Assembly: GCA_905233135.1 (NCBI GenBank)
Contig: CAJOCQ010000014.1
Location: 4,643 to 68,642 of the forward strand
Direction: 5' to 3'
Source of the DNA: an uncultured Selenomonadaceae bacterium
GTDB lineage: Bacteria; Bacillota; Negativicutes; Selenomonadales; Selenomonadaceae
DNA: 64,000 bases
Made by a program: the position numbers and the translations under genes. Shown piece by piece: positions 44,549-54,614 of the stretch; position 1 is the first letter of the stretch, and every line of letters starts with the position of its first letter. The notes under the pieces are model-generated. The model saw only the letters and a list, made by a program, of their open reading frames with translations, was not told the origin of the DNA and ran no database searches.

Positions 44549-46246
44549 GTGGCAGAAACAAAAAAATTTAATGCATTATTGTTCGATACGCGCTCCATTC
44601 AACGTTACATTTATTCGGGGAATTTGTTGCGGACGAATATTGGCGCGTCGTACATTGTGGACAGGCTTTTTTTTGATGTTTTGGTTAAAAAGACGCTGAA
44701 GGAAATTTTACCGCACGTTAATTTTTCTTTGGCTAAAGACACTACATGGGATAATAAAAAAGATTCTGAAGCCGCTTGGGAAAATATGGAAGATTGTTGC
44801 GTGGCGTACATTGGCGGCGGAAATGCTTTAATTTTGTTTGATGCGGCAAAGGAAGATAAACGCCGCGAAGTTGTTAAAAATTTTTCAATGAAACTTTTGG
44901 CAACTCGTCCCGGTTTAAAAATTGGCGTGGCATTCGGAGAACTCAATATTGACGGCGATAAACTTAACCAATCTGACATTGACGCGCTTTACAGCGAATT
45001 GAAAAAAAATCAAAATACCGTTTTCCCCGCCGTGAATGTTCCTTACAGCGGCTTAACTTTGAGCTGCGAAATTAACGGCGAAGCGGCTAATTTCTGCGAT
45101 ACTCGCGGAAAGGTTAAACCTGTTGGCGAAATTAGATTTTATTCACAAGAAACCGCCGTTAAAGCTGAAATGTCTGACGCCGCAAATGACAGCTTGAGAA
45201 GCCGTTTCAACAAAATTTTTGAGTTGAAGAACTCTTCGGAGCTTATGGATAATTTTGAATTTCCAATGAAAGTTGATGAACTCGGGCAAAAAGACGGCGA
45301 AAATTATTTTGCAATAGTGCACGTTGACGGCAATAACATGGGCGTAAAATTTCGCACTTGTGAAACTCTTTTGGCGCGCCGCCAACTTTCCCGCGAAATT
45401 CGCAGAAAAACTGAAGGTGCGTTTGCAGATTTACTTTTAAAAATAATTGCCGCAAAAAAAGAAAATCTTTTTGCAGACGATTTAAAATTCGTCAATAAAA
45501 AACTTTTGCCGATACGCCCGCTGATTCTTGGCGGCGACGACGTAACTTTCATTTGTCCCGCAAATATGGCGATTCTTTTCACAAAAACTTTGATGGAATT
45601 TTTGAATAACGAAACTGATAAAGATTCGCCTGAACATTCCACGCAAAAATTTTCTCAAAAAATGGACTGCTGCGCGGGCGTTGCAATTTTGCCAACGGCT
45701 TACCCCTTCTTCAGAGGTTACGAATTGGCGGAGCAACTTTGCGATGAAGCTAAAAAAGTTATGCGCGCTGAAAAAAATTCCGAAGGTTCAAGTTGGCTGG
45801 ACTTTGCAATTTTGCACGGCGAACAAGCTCCGACGCTTGAACAAATTCGCAAAAGAGAATACAGCGGCGCACGCGGCAATTTGCATTTCGGACCTTATCA
45901 AGTTTGCAATAAAAATAATTCCCGTTACAATATCGAAAATTTAATTTCCTGTACCGAACAATTTTTAAAATCTAAAAGCGAAAATCCTTCGCCCGAAACA
46001 ATTTCGCACGGAAAAATTAAGGAGCTGCGCTTTGTTTTACAACGCGGCAAAGATGAAACTGCAAAGTTTTTGCAACAGTTGAAAAATCAAGGGCAAAATT
46101 TGCCGTTTGTTGCAGATTGGCAACATTGTATAACAAATGCATTGTGGAGCGAAGAAACAAAACCGCGCACGCCGTATATTGACGCAATAGAATTAATGGA
46201 TTTTTATCCTGCGGAGGTGGCTGAAAAATGGCAAAGTTTGACGTAG
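44549..46246 (+). CDS. cas10: Cas10 (type III large subunit), compact and lacking an HD domain, cyclase GGDD motif intact
   Basis: GTG start after AAAGGAGGGG. 565 aa. N-terminus runs straight into a palm-like segment FDTRSIQRYIYSGNLLRTNIGASYIV. LPIRPLILGGDDVTFICP carries GGDD. No H..HD motif in the first 100 aa. Confidence 0.75.
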   Translation: MAETKKFNALLFDTRSIQRYIYSGNLLRTNIGASYIVDRLFFDVLVKKTLKEILPHVNFSLAKDTTWDNKKDSEAAWENMEDCCVAYIGGGNALILFDAAKEDKRREVVKNFSMKLLATRPGLKIGVAFGELNIDGDKLNQSDIDALYSELKKNQNTVFPAVNVPYSGLTLSCEINGEAANFCDTRGKVKPVGEIRFYSQETAVKAEMSDAANDSLRSRFNKIFELKNSSELMDNFEFPMKVDELGQKDGENYFAIVHVDGNNMGVKFRTCETLLARRQLSREIRRKTEGAFADLLLKIIAAKKENLFADDLKFVNKKLLPIRPLILGGDDVTFICPANMAILFTKTLMEFLNNETDKDSPEHSTQKFSQKMDCCAGVAILPTAYPFFRGYELAEQLCDEAKKVMRAEKNSEGSSWLDFAILHGEQAPTLEQIRKREYSGARGNLHFGPYQVCNKNNSRYNIENLISCTEQFLKSKSENPSPETISHGKIKELRFVLQRGKDETAKFLQQLKNQGQNLPFVADWQHCITNALWSEETKPRTPYIDAIELMDFYPAEVAEKWQSLT

Positions 46247-46887
46247 AAATTAAAGTTGAATCACCGATACATTTGGGCTCGGGGCAAGCCAACGTTAATA
46301 TCGACGCCGAAATTGTTCACGACGCTTTCGGCTTCCCGTACTTCCCCGCCAAAAGATTTAAGGGCTTGCTTTATGAAAGTGCGGTTGAAGTTTTTGAAAT
46401 GTTTGAACTTGCGGAAATGAGTACGGAAAATTTGGCGTCGCCCGAAAAAATTTTTAACAGAAATTCGGACGACAGCGGCAAAATTTCTGACGTTCAAATT
46501 ATAGTGCCGAATTTTTATCTTTATCCTTTCGACGAGTACAAAAAAATTTGCGCGGAATGGAAATATTTGCAAGATAAGTACAAAGGAATTTTCACTCCTT
46601 CAGATGTGCTGAAAAATTTTACGTCGATTCGCTACCAAACGAAATTGGAAAATGGAATTGCCGCCAAAAGTTCTTTAAGAAATTTGAATGTTTTAAACGC
46701 AGGTACAGAATTTTTTGGGACGATTGAAATTTTGAATTGCAACGACAAAGTTTTAAATTTAATGGCGTTGGCAGCGAAAAATTTAACTGCCGCAGGTACT
46801 AAAAGAAATCGCGGCTTCGGCAAAATTTCTTGCAAAATGAATTTGGGCGAAAAATTTTCTGCAGAAAAAATTTTAAAGGGGGCGTGA
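46228..46887 (+). CDS. cas7: RAMP protein, Cas7 (Csm3/Cmr4-like)
   Basis: 219 aa. SPIHLGSGQANVNIDAEIVHDAFGFPYFPAKRFKGLLYE and C-terminal G-rich loop GTKRNRGFGK. Confidence 0.7.
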   Translation: MAKFDVEIKVESPIHLGSGQANVNIDAEIVHDAFGFPYFPAKRFKGLLYESAVEVFEMFELAEMSTENLASPEKIFNRNSDDSGKISDVQIIVPNFYLYPFDEYKKICAEWKYLQDKYKGIFTPSDVLKNFTSIRYQTKLENGIAAKSSLRNLNVLNAGTEFFGTIEILNCNDKVLNLMALAAKNLTAAGTKRNRGFGKISCKMNLGEKFSAEKILKGA

Positions 46888-46889
46888 AA

Positions 46890-48452
46890 ATGTACCAGCT
46901 TAATTTTAAGATAGAAACGCTGTCGCCCGTTGTAATTTCCGCAATGAGTAATTCAACGCTTATGACGGGCAGTCATTCCGAAATTGGCGGCTCGATAATT
47001 CGCGGCGTTTTGGCATCAAAGTATGTTGCAGAAAAAAATTTGGGTGACAGGGCGCACGCCGATAAAAATTTTACCGAATTATTTTACGGAGGCTTGAAAT
47101 TTCTTTCAGCTAATCCCGCCGTTAAAAATTCGCGCAGCTTTATTTTGCCGTTATCACTTCAGCGCGGCAAGAAAGGCACGAATGATGCAAAAAATATTGC
47201 AGATTTATTGACAGAAAAAACGCCGCCCGCCGGTTATAAATCTCTGCGCGGTTACGGCACAGTTGACGGCGATAAAATTTTCACTGCATCCGTCGATAAA
47301 AATATTTCAATGCATATGTCGCGCAGTGCCGCCAATGAAAGAATCAGCGGCAAGAGTGAAGAAGGGCACATTTATAACTATGAGGCGTTGGAAGAAGGGC
47401 AAACTTTTTGCGGGCTGATTATTGGCGAAAAAGCTGCGCTTGAAAAAATTTCCGCCGCCTTGAACCTGAAAAATAATTCTTTCGCGGCGAACATCGGACG
47501 CTCGCGCTTTACCCAATACGGCAAATGCAAATTTTCTTTCGGCGATATAGAAGAAATTAAAACTGCAAATTTCGGCGAAAAATTTTGCTTGCGGCTTGAA
47601 AGTCCGTTGATTCCTTTTGAAGATAATTTTATTGGCGCGGAAAAAATTTTACAGGCTGAAGTTATCGACGCGCTGAATAACGCGCTCGGCAAAGAAATTT
47701 TTTCACTCGGTAAAATTTTTGCAAGCAGCGTGGAAATTGAAAATTTTTATATGACGATGAAACGCCCGCGCGTTATGGCTCTTGCCGCAGGTTCTGTTTT
47801 TGAAATTGAATCTAAAAATTTGACGCCTGCCGATAAAAAAATTATTTGCGAAAAAATTTACAGCGGTTTGGGCATTCGTACTGAAGAAGGTTTTGGGCAA
47901 ATCCGTTTTTGGCAACCTTCAAAATTCACAATCGGCGTAATTGCCAAAGATAATTTTGACAAGCCGAAAATTTTTTCGGCTGAAACGATTAAAATTGCGC
48001 AAAAAATTTTGTTGGCAAAATATTTGGAGCAAATCCGAATTTACGCGCACGAAGATGCCGCTGAATTAAAAATTGGCAGCGGCAACTTTGCGCACTTTTT
48101 TTCACGTCTTGATAACATTCTTTCAGCCGTCGGCAAAAAAAATGTTCGCCAACAACTTACAGAAAAAATTTTCGCCGAAAGCAAGGACGGCAGTTTATTT
48201 CAAGATAATTTGAAAAATACTTATTTGGGCGATCAAAATCTTTTTGATATGTTGACAGAAAGTGCGCCCTTGCCATACAAAAAACGCGACTTGAAAAAAG
48301 ATTTAGGCGGTAACCTTAATGAACTTTTGAGAGAAATTAAATTTGACGAAAATAATTTTCAGGATGAAATTTGCGTGGAATATCTGAAAAATTTCTTAAG
48401 GTCTGCGCGTAAATATGCGGTTATTGCGAAGGACGGCGATAAAAATGACTGA
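46890..48452 (+). CDS. csx10: Csx10-like RAMP (Cas5 of type III-D) with helical C-terminal region (possible Cas11 fusion)
   Basis: ATG 46890. LSPVVISAMSNSTLMTGSHSEIGGSIIRGVLASKYV, G-rich loop GIRTEEGFGQIRFW. The last ~170 aa look predominantly helical and have no RAMP motifs. Confidence 0.6.
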   Translation: MYQLNFKIETLSPVVISAMSNSTLMTGSHSEIGGSIIRGVLASKYVAEKNLGDRAHADKNFTELFYGGLKFLSANPAVKNSRSFILPLSLQRGKKGTNDAKNIADLLTEKTPPAGYKSLRGYGTVDGDKIFTASVDKNISMHMSRSAANERISGKSEEGHIYNYEALEEGQTFCGLIIGEKAALEKISAALNLKNNSFAANIGRSRFTQYGKCKFSFGDIEEIKTANFGEKFCLRLESPLIPFEDNFIGAEKILQAEVIDALNNALGKEIFSLGKIFASSVEIENFYMTMKRPRVMALAAGSVFEIESKNLTPADKKIICEKIYSGLGIRTEEGFGQIRFWQPSKFTIGVIAKDNFDKPKIFSAETIKIAQKILLAKYLEQIRIYAHEDAAELKIGSGNFAHFFSRLDNILSAVGKKNVRQQLTEKIFAESKDGSLFQDNLKNTYLGDQNLFDMLTESAPLPYKKRDLKKDLGGNLNELLREIKFDENNFQDEICVEYLKNFLRSARKYAVIAKDGDKND

Positions 48453-49761
48453 CGCACAAATTATTGGAAAAATTAAAATCAGCGGCGAACTGGTTTTAGA
48501 ATCCCCGCTGCTTATTGGCGACGGCGCGGGCGAAACTTCCGACAATTTTAAAGATATTCACGTTTTGAAAAATCAAAATGACGCGCCCTTTATTCCCGGT
48601 ACTTCACTTTGCGGAGTCTTGCACGAAATTTTTAGGGGCTATGAAGTTGCCGATGAACTTTTCGGCGACCCTGATAATTTTCAAAGTGCCATTCAAATTG
48701 AAGATATAAATCTTGAGGGCGGCGAAATAATTTCACGCGACGGAGTGGCGATAGATTTTTGGACCGGTACGGGAATTGACGGCGCAAAATACGATTATGA
48801 AGCCGTTGAACGCGGTGCGCACGGCAAAATAAATATGTTGGTAAATTTGCGCGGACGTCATTTTTCTAAACTGGAAAAATTTAAAAATACCGTTGCCGAA
48901 ATTTTGAGCAAATTTAAACGCGGTATTCGGCTTGGCGCGTTGACTTCCAAAGGTTTTGGCTTGGCGAAGGCAGAAAATATTGACGCACAATTTTATGACT
49001 TCAGAAAAAAATCTGACGTTGCGGCGTGGTTTACAGGCAACAGCGCGGCTGAATCAATTTCGTCCGCCAAAAACATTTCTGCAGATGCCGAAAACTTTAT
49101 TGTTGACGCGGATTTTTCTTTCAATTCGTCCTTCATCGTGCGTGATTATGACGTTAGCAAAGCGGACAAGGCAAATAAAATTTCTGCCGTAAGTTTGAAA
49201 AGTCTTGAAAGTTTTGTGCTGCCGGGTACAAGTTTGAAGGGAATTTTTCGCCACCGCGCCGAGTACATTTTTAAAAACTTGAATCTTGACAAAAAATTTT
49301 TAAATAATCTTATGGGCGTTGCCGAAGGCGACACAAAAATTAAAAGCCGTTTCGTCGTTGAAGAAAGTTACATTGAAAATAAAAATGTCGTCGAAGTTGA
49401 ACATACGCGCAATAAAATTGACAGGTTCACGGGCGGCACGTTGCAGGGTGCGCTTTTCAAAACTAAGCCGCTTTATCAAAAAAATTCTGCGCCGACTTTG
49501 CACATTCATTTTGAAATTTTCAACGCAAAAGATTTTGAAGCGGGGCTCGCACTTTTTTTACTGCGCGATTTATGGCTTGGCAAAGTTGCTCTCGGCGGCG
49601 AAAAATGCATTGGGCGCGGCACGGTTCAAGGAATTTCAGCCGAAATAAATTTTAAGGGCGAAACTTACAAGCTCGGCGAAGGCGGCAAAGTTATTCAAGG
49701 CAACAAGGACGAGCTTTCAAAATTTGCCGTGTCAGTCAGGAATTGGGGTGAATCGAAATGA
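48445..49761 (+). CDS. cas7: Fused double Cas7 (two Csm3-like RAMP modules)
   Basis: Module 1: SPLLIGDGAGE...APFIPGTSLCGVLHE. Module 2: FVLPGTSLKGIFRHRAEY...RNKIDRFTGGTLQGALF. G-rich loop GGEKCIGRGTVQG. Confidence 0.7.
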   Translation: MTDAQIIGKIKISGELVLESPLLIGDGAGETSDNFKDIHVLKNQNDAPFIPGTSLCGVLHEIFRGYEVADELFGDPDNFQSAIQIEDINLEGGEIISRDGVAIDFWTGTGIDGAKYDYEAVERGAHGKINMLVNLRGRHFSKLEKFKNTVAEILSKFKRGIRLGALTSKGFGLAKAENIDAQFYDFRKKSDVAAWFTGNSAAESISSAKNISADAENFIVDADFSFNSSFIVRDYDVSKADKANKISAVSLKSLESFVLPGTSLKGIFRHRAEYIFKNLNLDKKFLNNLMGVAEGDTKIKSRFVVEESYIENKNVVEVEHTRNKIDRFTGGTLQGALFKTKPLYQKNSAPTLHIHFEIFNAKDFEAGLALFLLRDLWLGKVALGGEKCIGRGTVQGISAEINFKGETYKLGEGGKVIQGNKDELSKFAVSVRNWGESK

Positions 49762-50327
49762 ACGGCTTAAACATTGCAAAAAAAGTCGGCTTGGAAATTT
49801 GCAAGTGTAAAAAAATTTTCGCGCCTGTAACTTGCGAAATTTCTTCAAGCGGCGTTGAAAATCTTGTCAAAGAAAATTTTAAAAACCCTCGCGCAGATTT
49901 CGTGGCGTGGCAAATTCAAAATATTTTTTGGGGAAAATTCGACGGCGAAAAACTTTTTTCAACTGCAGAAGTTACGCCGCAATTTTGGCTTGAGTGCAGA
50001 ATTTTTAACGACTCCGAAGAACTTCATTTAAAGCGCGTTGAAAATAAATTGCGCGGGCGTTACGTAACAGAAATTGAAGGCTCGAGCGACTTTTATGCTG
50101 ACAGTTTTTCAAGATTTTGGGGCGAAAATAAAGGCGCGGCGAACGGCTTTGTTAAACTCCTCGACAGACAAAGAAAACTTTTTATGGAAATTCCCTGCGA
50201 AAATATTAACGCTCAATGGTACGGACTTTTGACGCGCAATTATATTTCAAGCGACGAAAAAACGGGGCTCAGCGGTTATACCGATTATCGTTTTGTTGCT
50301 ATTGAACCTGCGAAGGAGGGAATTTAA
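49758..50327 (+). CDS. csx19: Csx19-like type III-D associated protein
   Basis: 189 aa. Sits between RAMP genes, as in III-D loci. ATGA start overlap. Family call rests on size, position and general pattern only. Confidence 0.5.
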   Translation: MNGLNIAKKVGLEICKCKKIFAPVTCEISSSGVENLVKENFKNPRADFVAWQIQNIFWGKFDGEKLFSTAEVTPQFWLECRIFNDSEELHLKRVENKLRGRYVTEIEGSSDFYADSFSRFWGENKGAANGFVKLLDRQRKLFMEIPCENINAQWYGLLTRNYISSDEKTGLSGYTDYRFVAIEPAKEGI

Positions 50328-52340
50328 ATGGCTGAAGATTGGCAAGCTCAATTAGCAAAATTAGGCGGTATAAAAATTGAAGAAGAAAAGCCGCAAAAAA
50401 ATTCTTTTTACAACAAAAATAAAAATTTTTCAAACAATAAAAATTCTGCTCTGAAAAAAAATGCTCCCGTTAAAAATTTTCCGCCGAAAAAAAATTCTGC
50501 ACCGCAAAATTTCTCAACGGCAACCGCGCCTTATAATTTTGTATTGTTGCCTGAAAAAGTTTTGCCTTCGCAAATTGACAGCGTTGAAGATTTTAAAAAC
50601 TATATCAAAGAAAACGGCAACTTAAGCGGCGAAATTGAATTGGAAATTGAAACTTTGACGCCGCTTTTTATCGGCGGCAATGCTGAAAAAAGTTTTGCGC
50701 CCGCAGGCAAATATATAATTCCCGGCAGTTCGCTTCGCGGTATGTTCAAAAATATTTTTAAAATCGTAACTTGCGGCGCGTTTCGCGGGCGTACCGATTC
50801 CCAACGCAAAGGCGAAGATTTCAACGACGAACATATTTATTTTCGTTGCCTTATGGCTCCTAAAGGTTCGCCTGCTTGGATGGAAGATTTATGCAACCTT
50901 TACAAGTCAAGAATGGAAGGCGAAAAGGGCAAAAATGCGCGTCCCGGTTTTCTGATTCAAACCAAAGACAACAAATATTTTATTGCGCCGCTGCTTCCGA
51001 AAATCGAACGCAAAAACGATTTTGTTTTGATAAAAAATTTTTTCCGCCCTGTAAGATTCAAAGATTCTTGCGTTGAGTGGCGGGGAAACATTGCATACAT
51101 TTTGACGGGCAACCAATGGGCTAACAAGCCTGAAAAATTGCTTAATGACGCGCAGTACAAAGAGTACAAGGAAAAATTGGCGGCGATTCATAAAAAATGG
51201 AAAGACGGATTTTTGACAGACGAGCAGCATACAGCGGAAGTTCAGAAATTTAATTACGGCAAGCAAATTATTCGTTTTGTAAAAATTGATTACGTCGATT
51301 GGAGCAAGCGAATTGAATTGCCTGACGACGTGCGCGAATCCTATGAACACGACAGAAACAGGCGCGGCGTAAATCTTTTCAAGGATAAAGGAATTTTGAA
51401 ACGCGAACAACTTAAAGATCTTTGCAAAAATTTGCCCGCCGACGTTAAATCTTTGATACCGTGTCATTTTCTGTACGAAGGCGACAGAGTAACGGCGTTT
51501 GGGCACGGGCAATGTTTCAGAATCCCTTACAAAAATTCAATCGGCGACGTTGTACCGCAAAATTTAAAAGACGAAAAAATTATAGATTTTGCGGACGCAG
51601 TTTTTGGGCGTAAAGAAAATTGGGCAAGCCGCGTTGCATTTGAGGACGCCGCGCCAAGTTCCGAAATTGAAACTTTGGAAACCGCCGCCGCGCATCCTTT
51701 AATGCAGCCGAATCCTACTTCTTACCAACTTTATTTAAAGCAGGGCGAAAAAATTTTAAATCATTGGGACAAAGATAAAGTACAACTGCGCGGCTACAAA
51801 CTTTATTGGCATAATCAAATTTGGGATTGGAAAGATAATTCAAATGCACGCGATGATTTGGCGAAAAAATTAACGCCGCTGAAAAAAGGCAACCGTTTTA
51901 AATCTAAAATTCGTTTCCAAAATTTGAGCGAAGTTGAACTCGGCGCGCTTATGCAGATTTTCAATTTTGAAAACGCGGCTTACAAAATCGGAATGGGTAA
52001 ACCTTTCGGCTTCGGCAGTATCAGCATTACGCCAAAACTTTTTATTGAAAATGAAAACTCCTACACAGAAATTTTTGACGGCGATAAATTTAAAAATCCC
52101 TACAAAAAAGTTGACGCCGCAAAATATCTTGACGCCTTTAAAAATTATATCGAAAGTCAGAAAATGTCGGCAACGTGGCAAAAAGTCATTGACGAATTGC
52201 AGAAAATTTTGGATTGGGAACATAAACCCGCGCCGCAAAAAATTAAATCGATGAGCGGCGACGTTTCCAAAAAGGACAGCGTTGACGAAAGATTTAAACA
52301 GCGTGCACCGTTGCAAAGTATTTTTGAGGTTGTGAAATGA
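50328..52340 (+). CDS. cas7: Large RAMP protein (Cas7 with insertion, TIGR03986-like)
   Basis: 670 aa. Asn/Lys-rich N-terminus, then TAPYNFVLLPEKVL, TPLFIGG, IIPGSSLRGMFKNIF, and C-terminal G-rich loop KIGMGKPFGFGS. Confidence 0.65.
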   Translation: MAEDWQAQLAKLGGIKIEEEKPQKNSFYNKNKNFSNNKNSALKKNAPVKNFPPKKNSAPQNFSTATAPYNFVLLPEKVLPSQIDSVEDFKNYIKENGNLSGEIELEIETLTPLFIGGNAEKSFAPAGKYIIPGSSLRGMFKNIFKIVTCGAFRGRTDSQRKGEDFNDEHIYFRCLMAPKGSPAWMEDLCNLYKSRMEGEKGKNARPGFLIQTKDNKYFIAPLLPKIERKNDFVLIKNFFRPVRFKDSCVEWRGNIAYILTGNQWANKPEKLLNDAQYKEYKEKLAAIHKKWKDGFLTDEQHTAEVQKFNYGKQIIRFVKIDYVDWSKRIELPDDVRESYEHDRNRRGVNLFKDKGILKREQLKDLCKNLPADVKSLIPCHFLYEGDRVTAFGHGQCFRIPYKNSIGDVVPQNLKDEKIIDFADAVFGRKENWASRVAFEDAAPSSEIETLETAAAHPLMQPNPTSYQLYLKQGEKILNHWDKDKVQLRGYKLYWHNQIWDWKDNSNARDDLAKKLTPLKKGNRFKSKIRFQNLSEVELGALMQIFNFENAAYKIGMGKPFGFGSISITPKLFIENENSYTEIFDGDKFKNPYKKVDAAKYLDAFKNYIESQKMSATWQKVIDELQKILDWEHKPAPQKIKSMSGDVSKKDSVDERFKQRAPLQSIFEVVK

Positions 52341-53125
52341 TAGGCGCGGTTAGTTATGAATTGTGCGCGGAAAATTCGGCGCGGTTGCCTTTCATAAACG
52401 GGCGATTAATGCACGCGGCGTTTTTTAAAATTCTGCACGAAGTTTCGCCCGCGCTTGAAAGTTTCGTACACGAAAAATTAAATATCAAGCCGTTTACGGT
52501 TTCATTTTTGGATCCGCTGAAAAAAATTCCTATAGTTGAAAATCGTTGGCAAGTTCGGCGCGGCGATAAATTTTTTTGGCGCGTTACGGGCTTAAACGAA
52601 GAAATTTTAAATGCCGCGCTTGCAGTTCCTTTCGGCTTTGCAATTCAAGCGGGCGAATTAATTTTATCAGTTACAGATATTGATTCGGAAATTTTGGCGG
52701 AAGAAAATTTTATTTCAAGCGTGAAAAAACTTTCGCCCGCCAATGAAATTACTTTTGAATTTTTAACGCCGGTAACTTTCAGAATTGATAATTTCGACGC
52801 GCCGTACCCTCGCGCAGATTTAATATTTGCTTCGCTTGCCGACAAGTGGACGCAGGTACAAATGCCCGCCGCTGTTGACAAAAAATTTATAAAAGAATTG
52901 GCGGCGCAAATTCGGCTGACTGAATGGCAAGGGCGCAGTAAAAAATTTTACCTCGCGCAGGACAGAGGCACTTTAGGATTTTGGGGGAATTTTAAATTCA
53001 GCTTGAAAGAATTAAAATCTGACGCGCAAAAAGTTTTTATGCTGTTGGCGAAATTCGGCGAATATGCGGGCGTCGGCAGATTGTGTGCGCAGGGCTTCGG
53101 GCAAACGCGAGTAATTTTTCAATGA
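52337..53125 (+). CDS. cas6: Cas6 crRNA endoribonuclease
   Basis: 262 aa. C-terminal G-rich loop GEYAGVGRLCAQGFGQTRV. Located between the effector and adaptation genes. Confidence 0.7.
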   Translation: MIGAVSYELCAENSARLPFINGRLMHAAFFKILHEVSPALESFVHEKLNIKPFTVSFLDPLKKIPIVENRWQVRRGDKFFWRVTGLNEEILNAALAVPFGFAIQAGELILSVTDIDSEILAEENFISSVKKLSPANEITFEFLTPVTFRIDNFDAPYPRADLIFASLADKWTQVQMPAAVDKKFIKELAAQIRLTEWQGRSKKFYLAQDRGTLGFWGNFKFSLKELKSDAQKVFMLLAKFGEYAGVGRLCAQGFGQTRVIFQ

Positions 53126-53397
53126 GATATTTAATTTGCTACGATATAACTGAAGACGACGTGCGAAATAAAATTGTTCGCTACTTGGAAGAATTTGCAT
53201 TCAGGCTGCAGTACAGCGTTTTCACTTGCGATGTTGACGCAAAAACGGCGGCGGCAATTTGGCAAGATTTATTAAACATTGTCGCCGAATCCGAAAAAGG
53301 CGCGGTTTTAATGTCGCCGCTTTGTAAAACTTGCGAAAAAAATCTAAAATTATCGGGGAAACCTTTGGAAGAAGAAAAGGGCTTTTTGGTAGTTTAG
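53122..53397 (+). CDS. cas2: Cas2
   Basis: 91 aa from ATG 53122 (ATGA overlap with cas6). MRYLICYDITEDDVRNKIVRYLEEFAFRLQYSVF. Confidence 0.85.
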   Translation: MRYLICYDITEDDVRNKIVRYLEEFAFRLQYSVFTCDVDAKTAAAIWQDLLNIVAESEKGAVLMSPLCKTCEKNLKLSGKPLEEEKGFLVV

Positions 53398-53409
53398 GCG
53401 GTGTAAAAA

Positions 53410-54363
53410 ATGGGGATGCTCTATTTAATATCGGCGGGAAGTTCTGCGCGAAAGGCGGGACCGCGTATCGCAGTAGAAAAGGACGGCGAAATTATCGGGC
53501 GGCTTCCAATTCGTTCGATTGACGGCGTAATTTTGGGGCGCAACGCGCAAATTTCGACGCAGGCAATTTTTGAACTGATTGAGTTGAGTATCCCCGTTAT
53601 TTACATTGACGATTACGGCAAAATTGTCGGCAACCTTTGCAACGATAAACAAACTGCCGCGCGGCTTTTTCGGCAACTTGAAATTTTTAATAATGCAGAT
53701 AAACAAATTTTGTTGACGCAAGAAATTATTACCGAAAAAATTTTAAATCAGCAAAATATTTTGAAACAGTACACGAAGACCAAAGACGCCGAAAAACTTT
53801 TGGGCAAAATTAAGCGGCTGAAAGTTCAAGCCGAAAAAATTAATTCGTTGAATGACTTGGAAGAAATACGCGGCGCGGAAGGTATGGCGTCAAAAATTTA
53901 TTTCAGTGCGTTCCCTGAACTTATTGACCTGACGCGCTGGAATTGGAAGGGGCGCAGTCAACACCCTGCAACGGATCCGATTAACGCGCTTTTAAATTAC
54001 GGTTATGCTTTTCTTGAAAGGGAAGTCCGAATTGTCACGGCGATTGTAAAATTGGACGCGCGGATTGGATTTTTTCACTCGAACGACGGCAGGAAAGACG
54101 CGCTTGTTTTTGACTTAATGGAATTTTTTCGACAGCCTGTCATTGACAGATTTGTTTTAAGTTTGCTAAATCGAAAAATGATTTCGCCCGAAGATTTTGA
54201 GAAGACGGCTGAAGGTTGCCGCTTGAAATTTGAGGCGCAAAAAGTTTGGTGTACGCGCTACGAAGAATATATGGCGAAAAAATATCGTGAATACGGCGAT
54301 AAAAATTCGCGTGATATGATTTTGGAGCGCGTCAAAACTTTTGCAGAATGTTTGAAGCGTTGA
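53410..54363 (+). CDS. cas1: Cas1 integrase
   Basis: 317 aa. EIRGAEGMASKIYF, NALLNYGYAFL, GFFHSNDGRKDALVFDLMEFFR are typical Cas1 motifs. Confidence 0.9.
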   Translation: MGMLYLISAGSSARKAGPRIAVEKDGEIIGRLPIRSIDGVILGRNAQISTQAIFELIELSIPVIYIDDYGKIVGNLCNDKQTAARLFRQLEIFNNADKQILLTQEIITEKILNQQNILKQYTKTKDAEKLLGKIKRLKVQAEKINSLNDLEEIRGAEGMASKIYFSAFPELIDLTRWNWKGRSQHPATDPINALLNYGYAFLEREVRIVTAIVKLDARIGFFHSNDGRKDALVFDLMEFFRQPVIDRFVLSLLNRKMISPEDFEKTAEGCRLKFEAQKVWCTRYEEYMAKKYREYGDKNSRDMILERVKTFAECLKR

Positions 54364-54372
54364 AAATTTTTC

Positions 54373-54401
54373 TTGCAAAATTTTTATGTATGGTGTAATA
54401 T
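54373..54401 (+). promoter_or_regulatory. Candidate leader promoter for the CRISPR array
   Basis: TTGCAA (54373-54378), 17-nt spacer, TAATAT (54396-54401). About 290 nt upstream of the first full repeat. Confidence 0.35.
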
Positions 54402-54614
54402 TTGCGCGTAGAAATTTTTAGCTCTTTGAAAATTGGAAAGTGTTTTTGGGGTACGGCACAAAGCCATTTTTCTAAAACCTTTTCCAAAATTTAAAAATGG
54501 CGTAACGACGGGAAGGAGTGATAGTCTTCTGAAATTCAGCTGATAAAATTTTAACAAAAATCTTTGAACTTGGAGCAGTTTTGGATACTTTTTCCAAAAG
54601 CCTCTTTTGAGCCG

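Noticed and set aside
44057-44561. Minus-strand ORFs of 75 and 96 aa across the mini-ORF cassette
   Set aside because: They are antisense to the repeated units, have no SD, and are repeat-derived (the GTGTGTATATGTVT stretch comes from the hexamer repeat).
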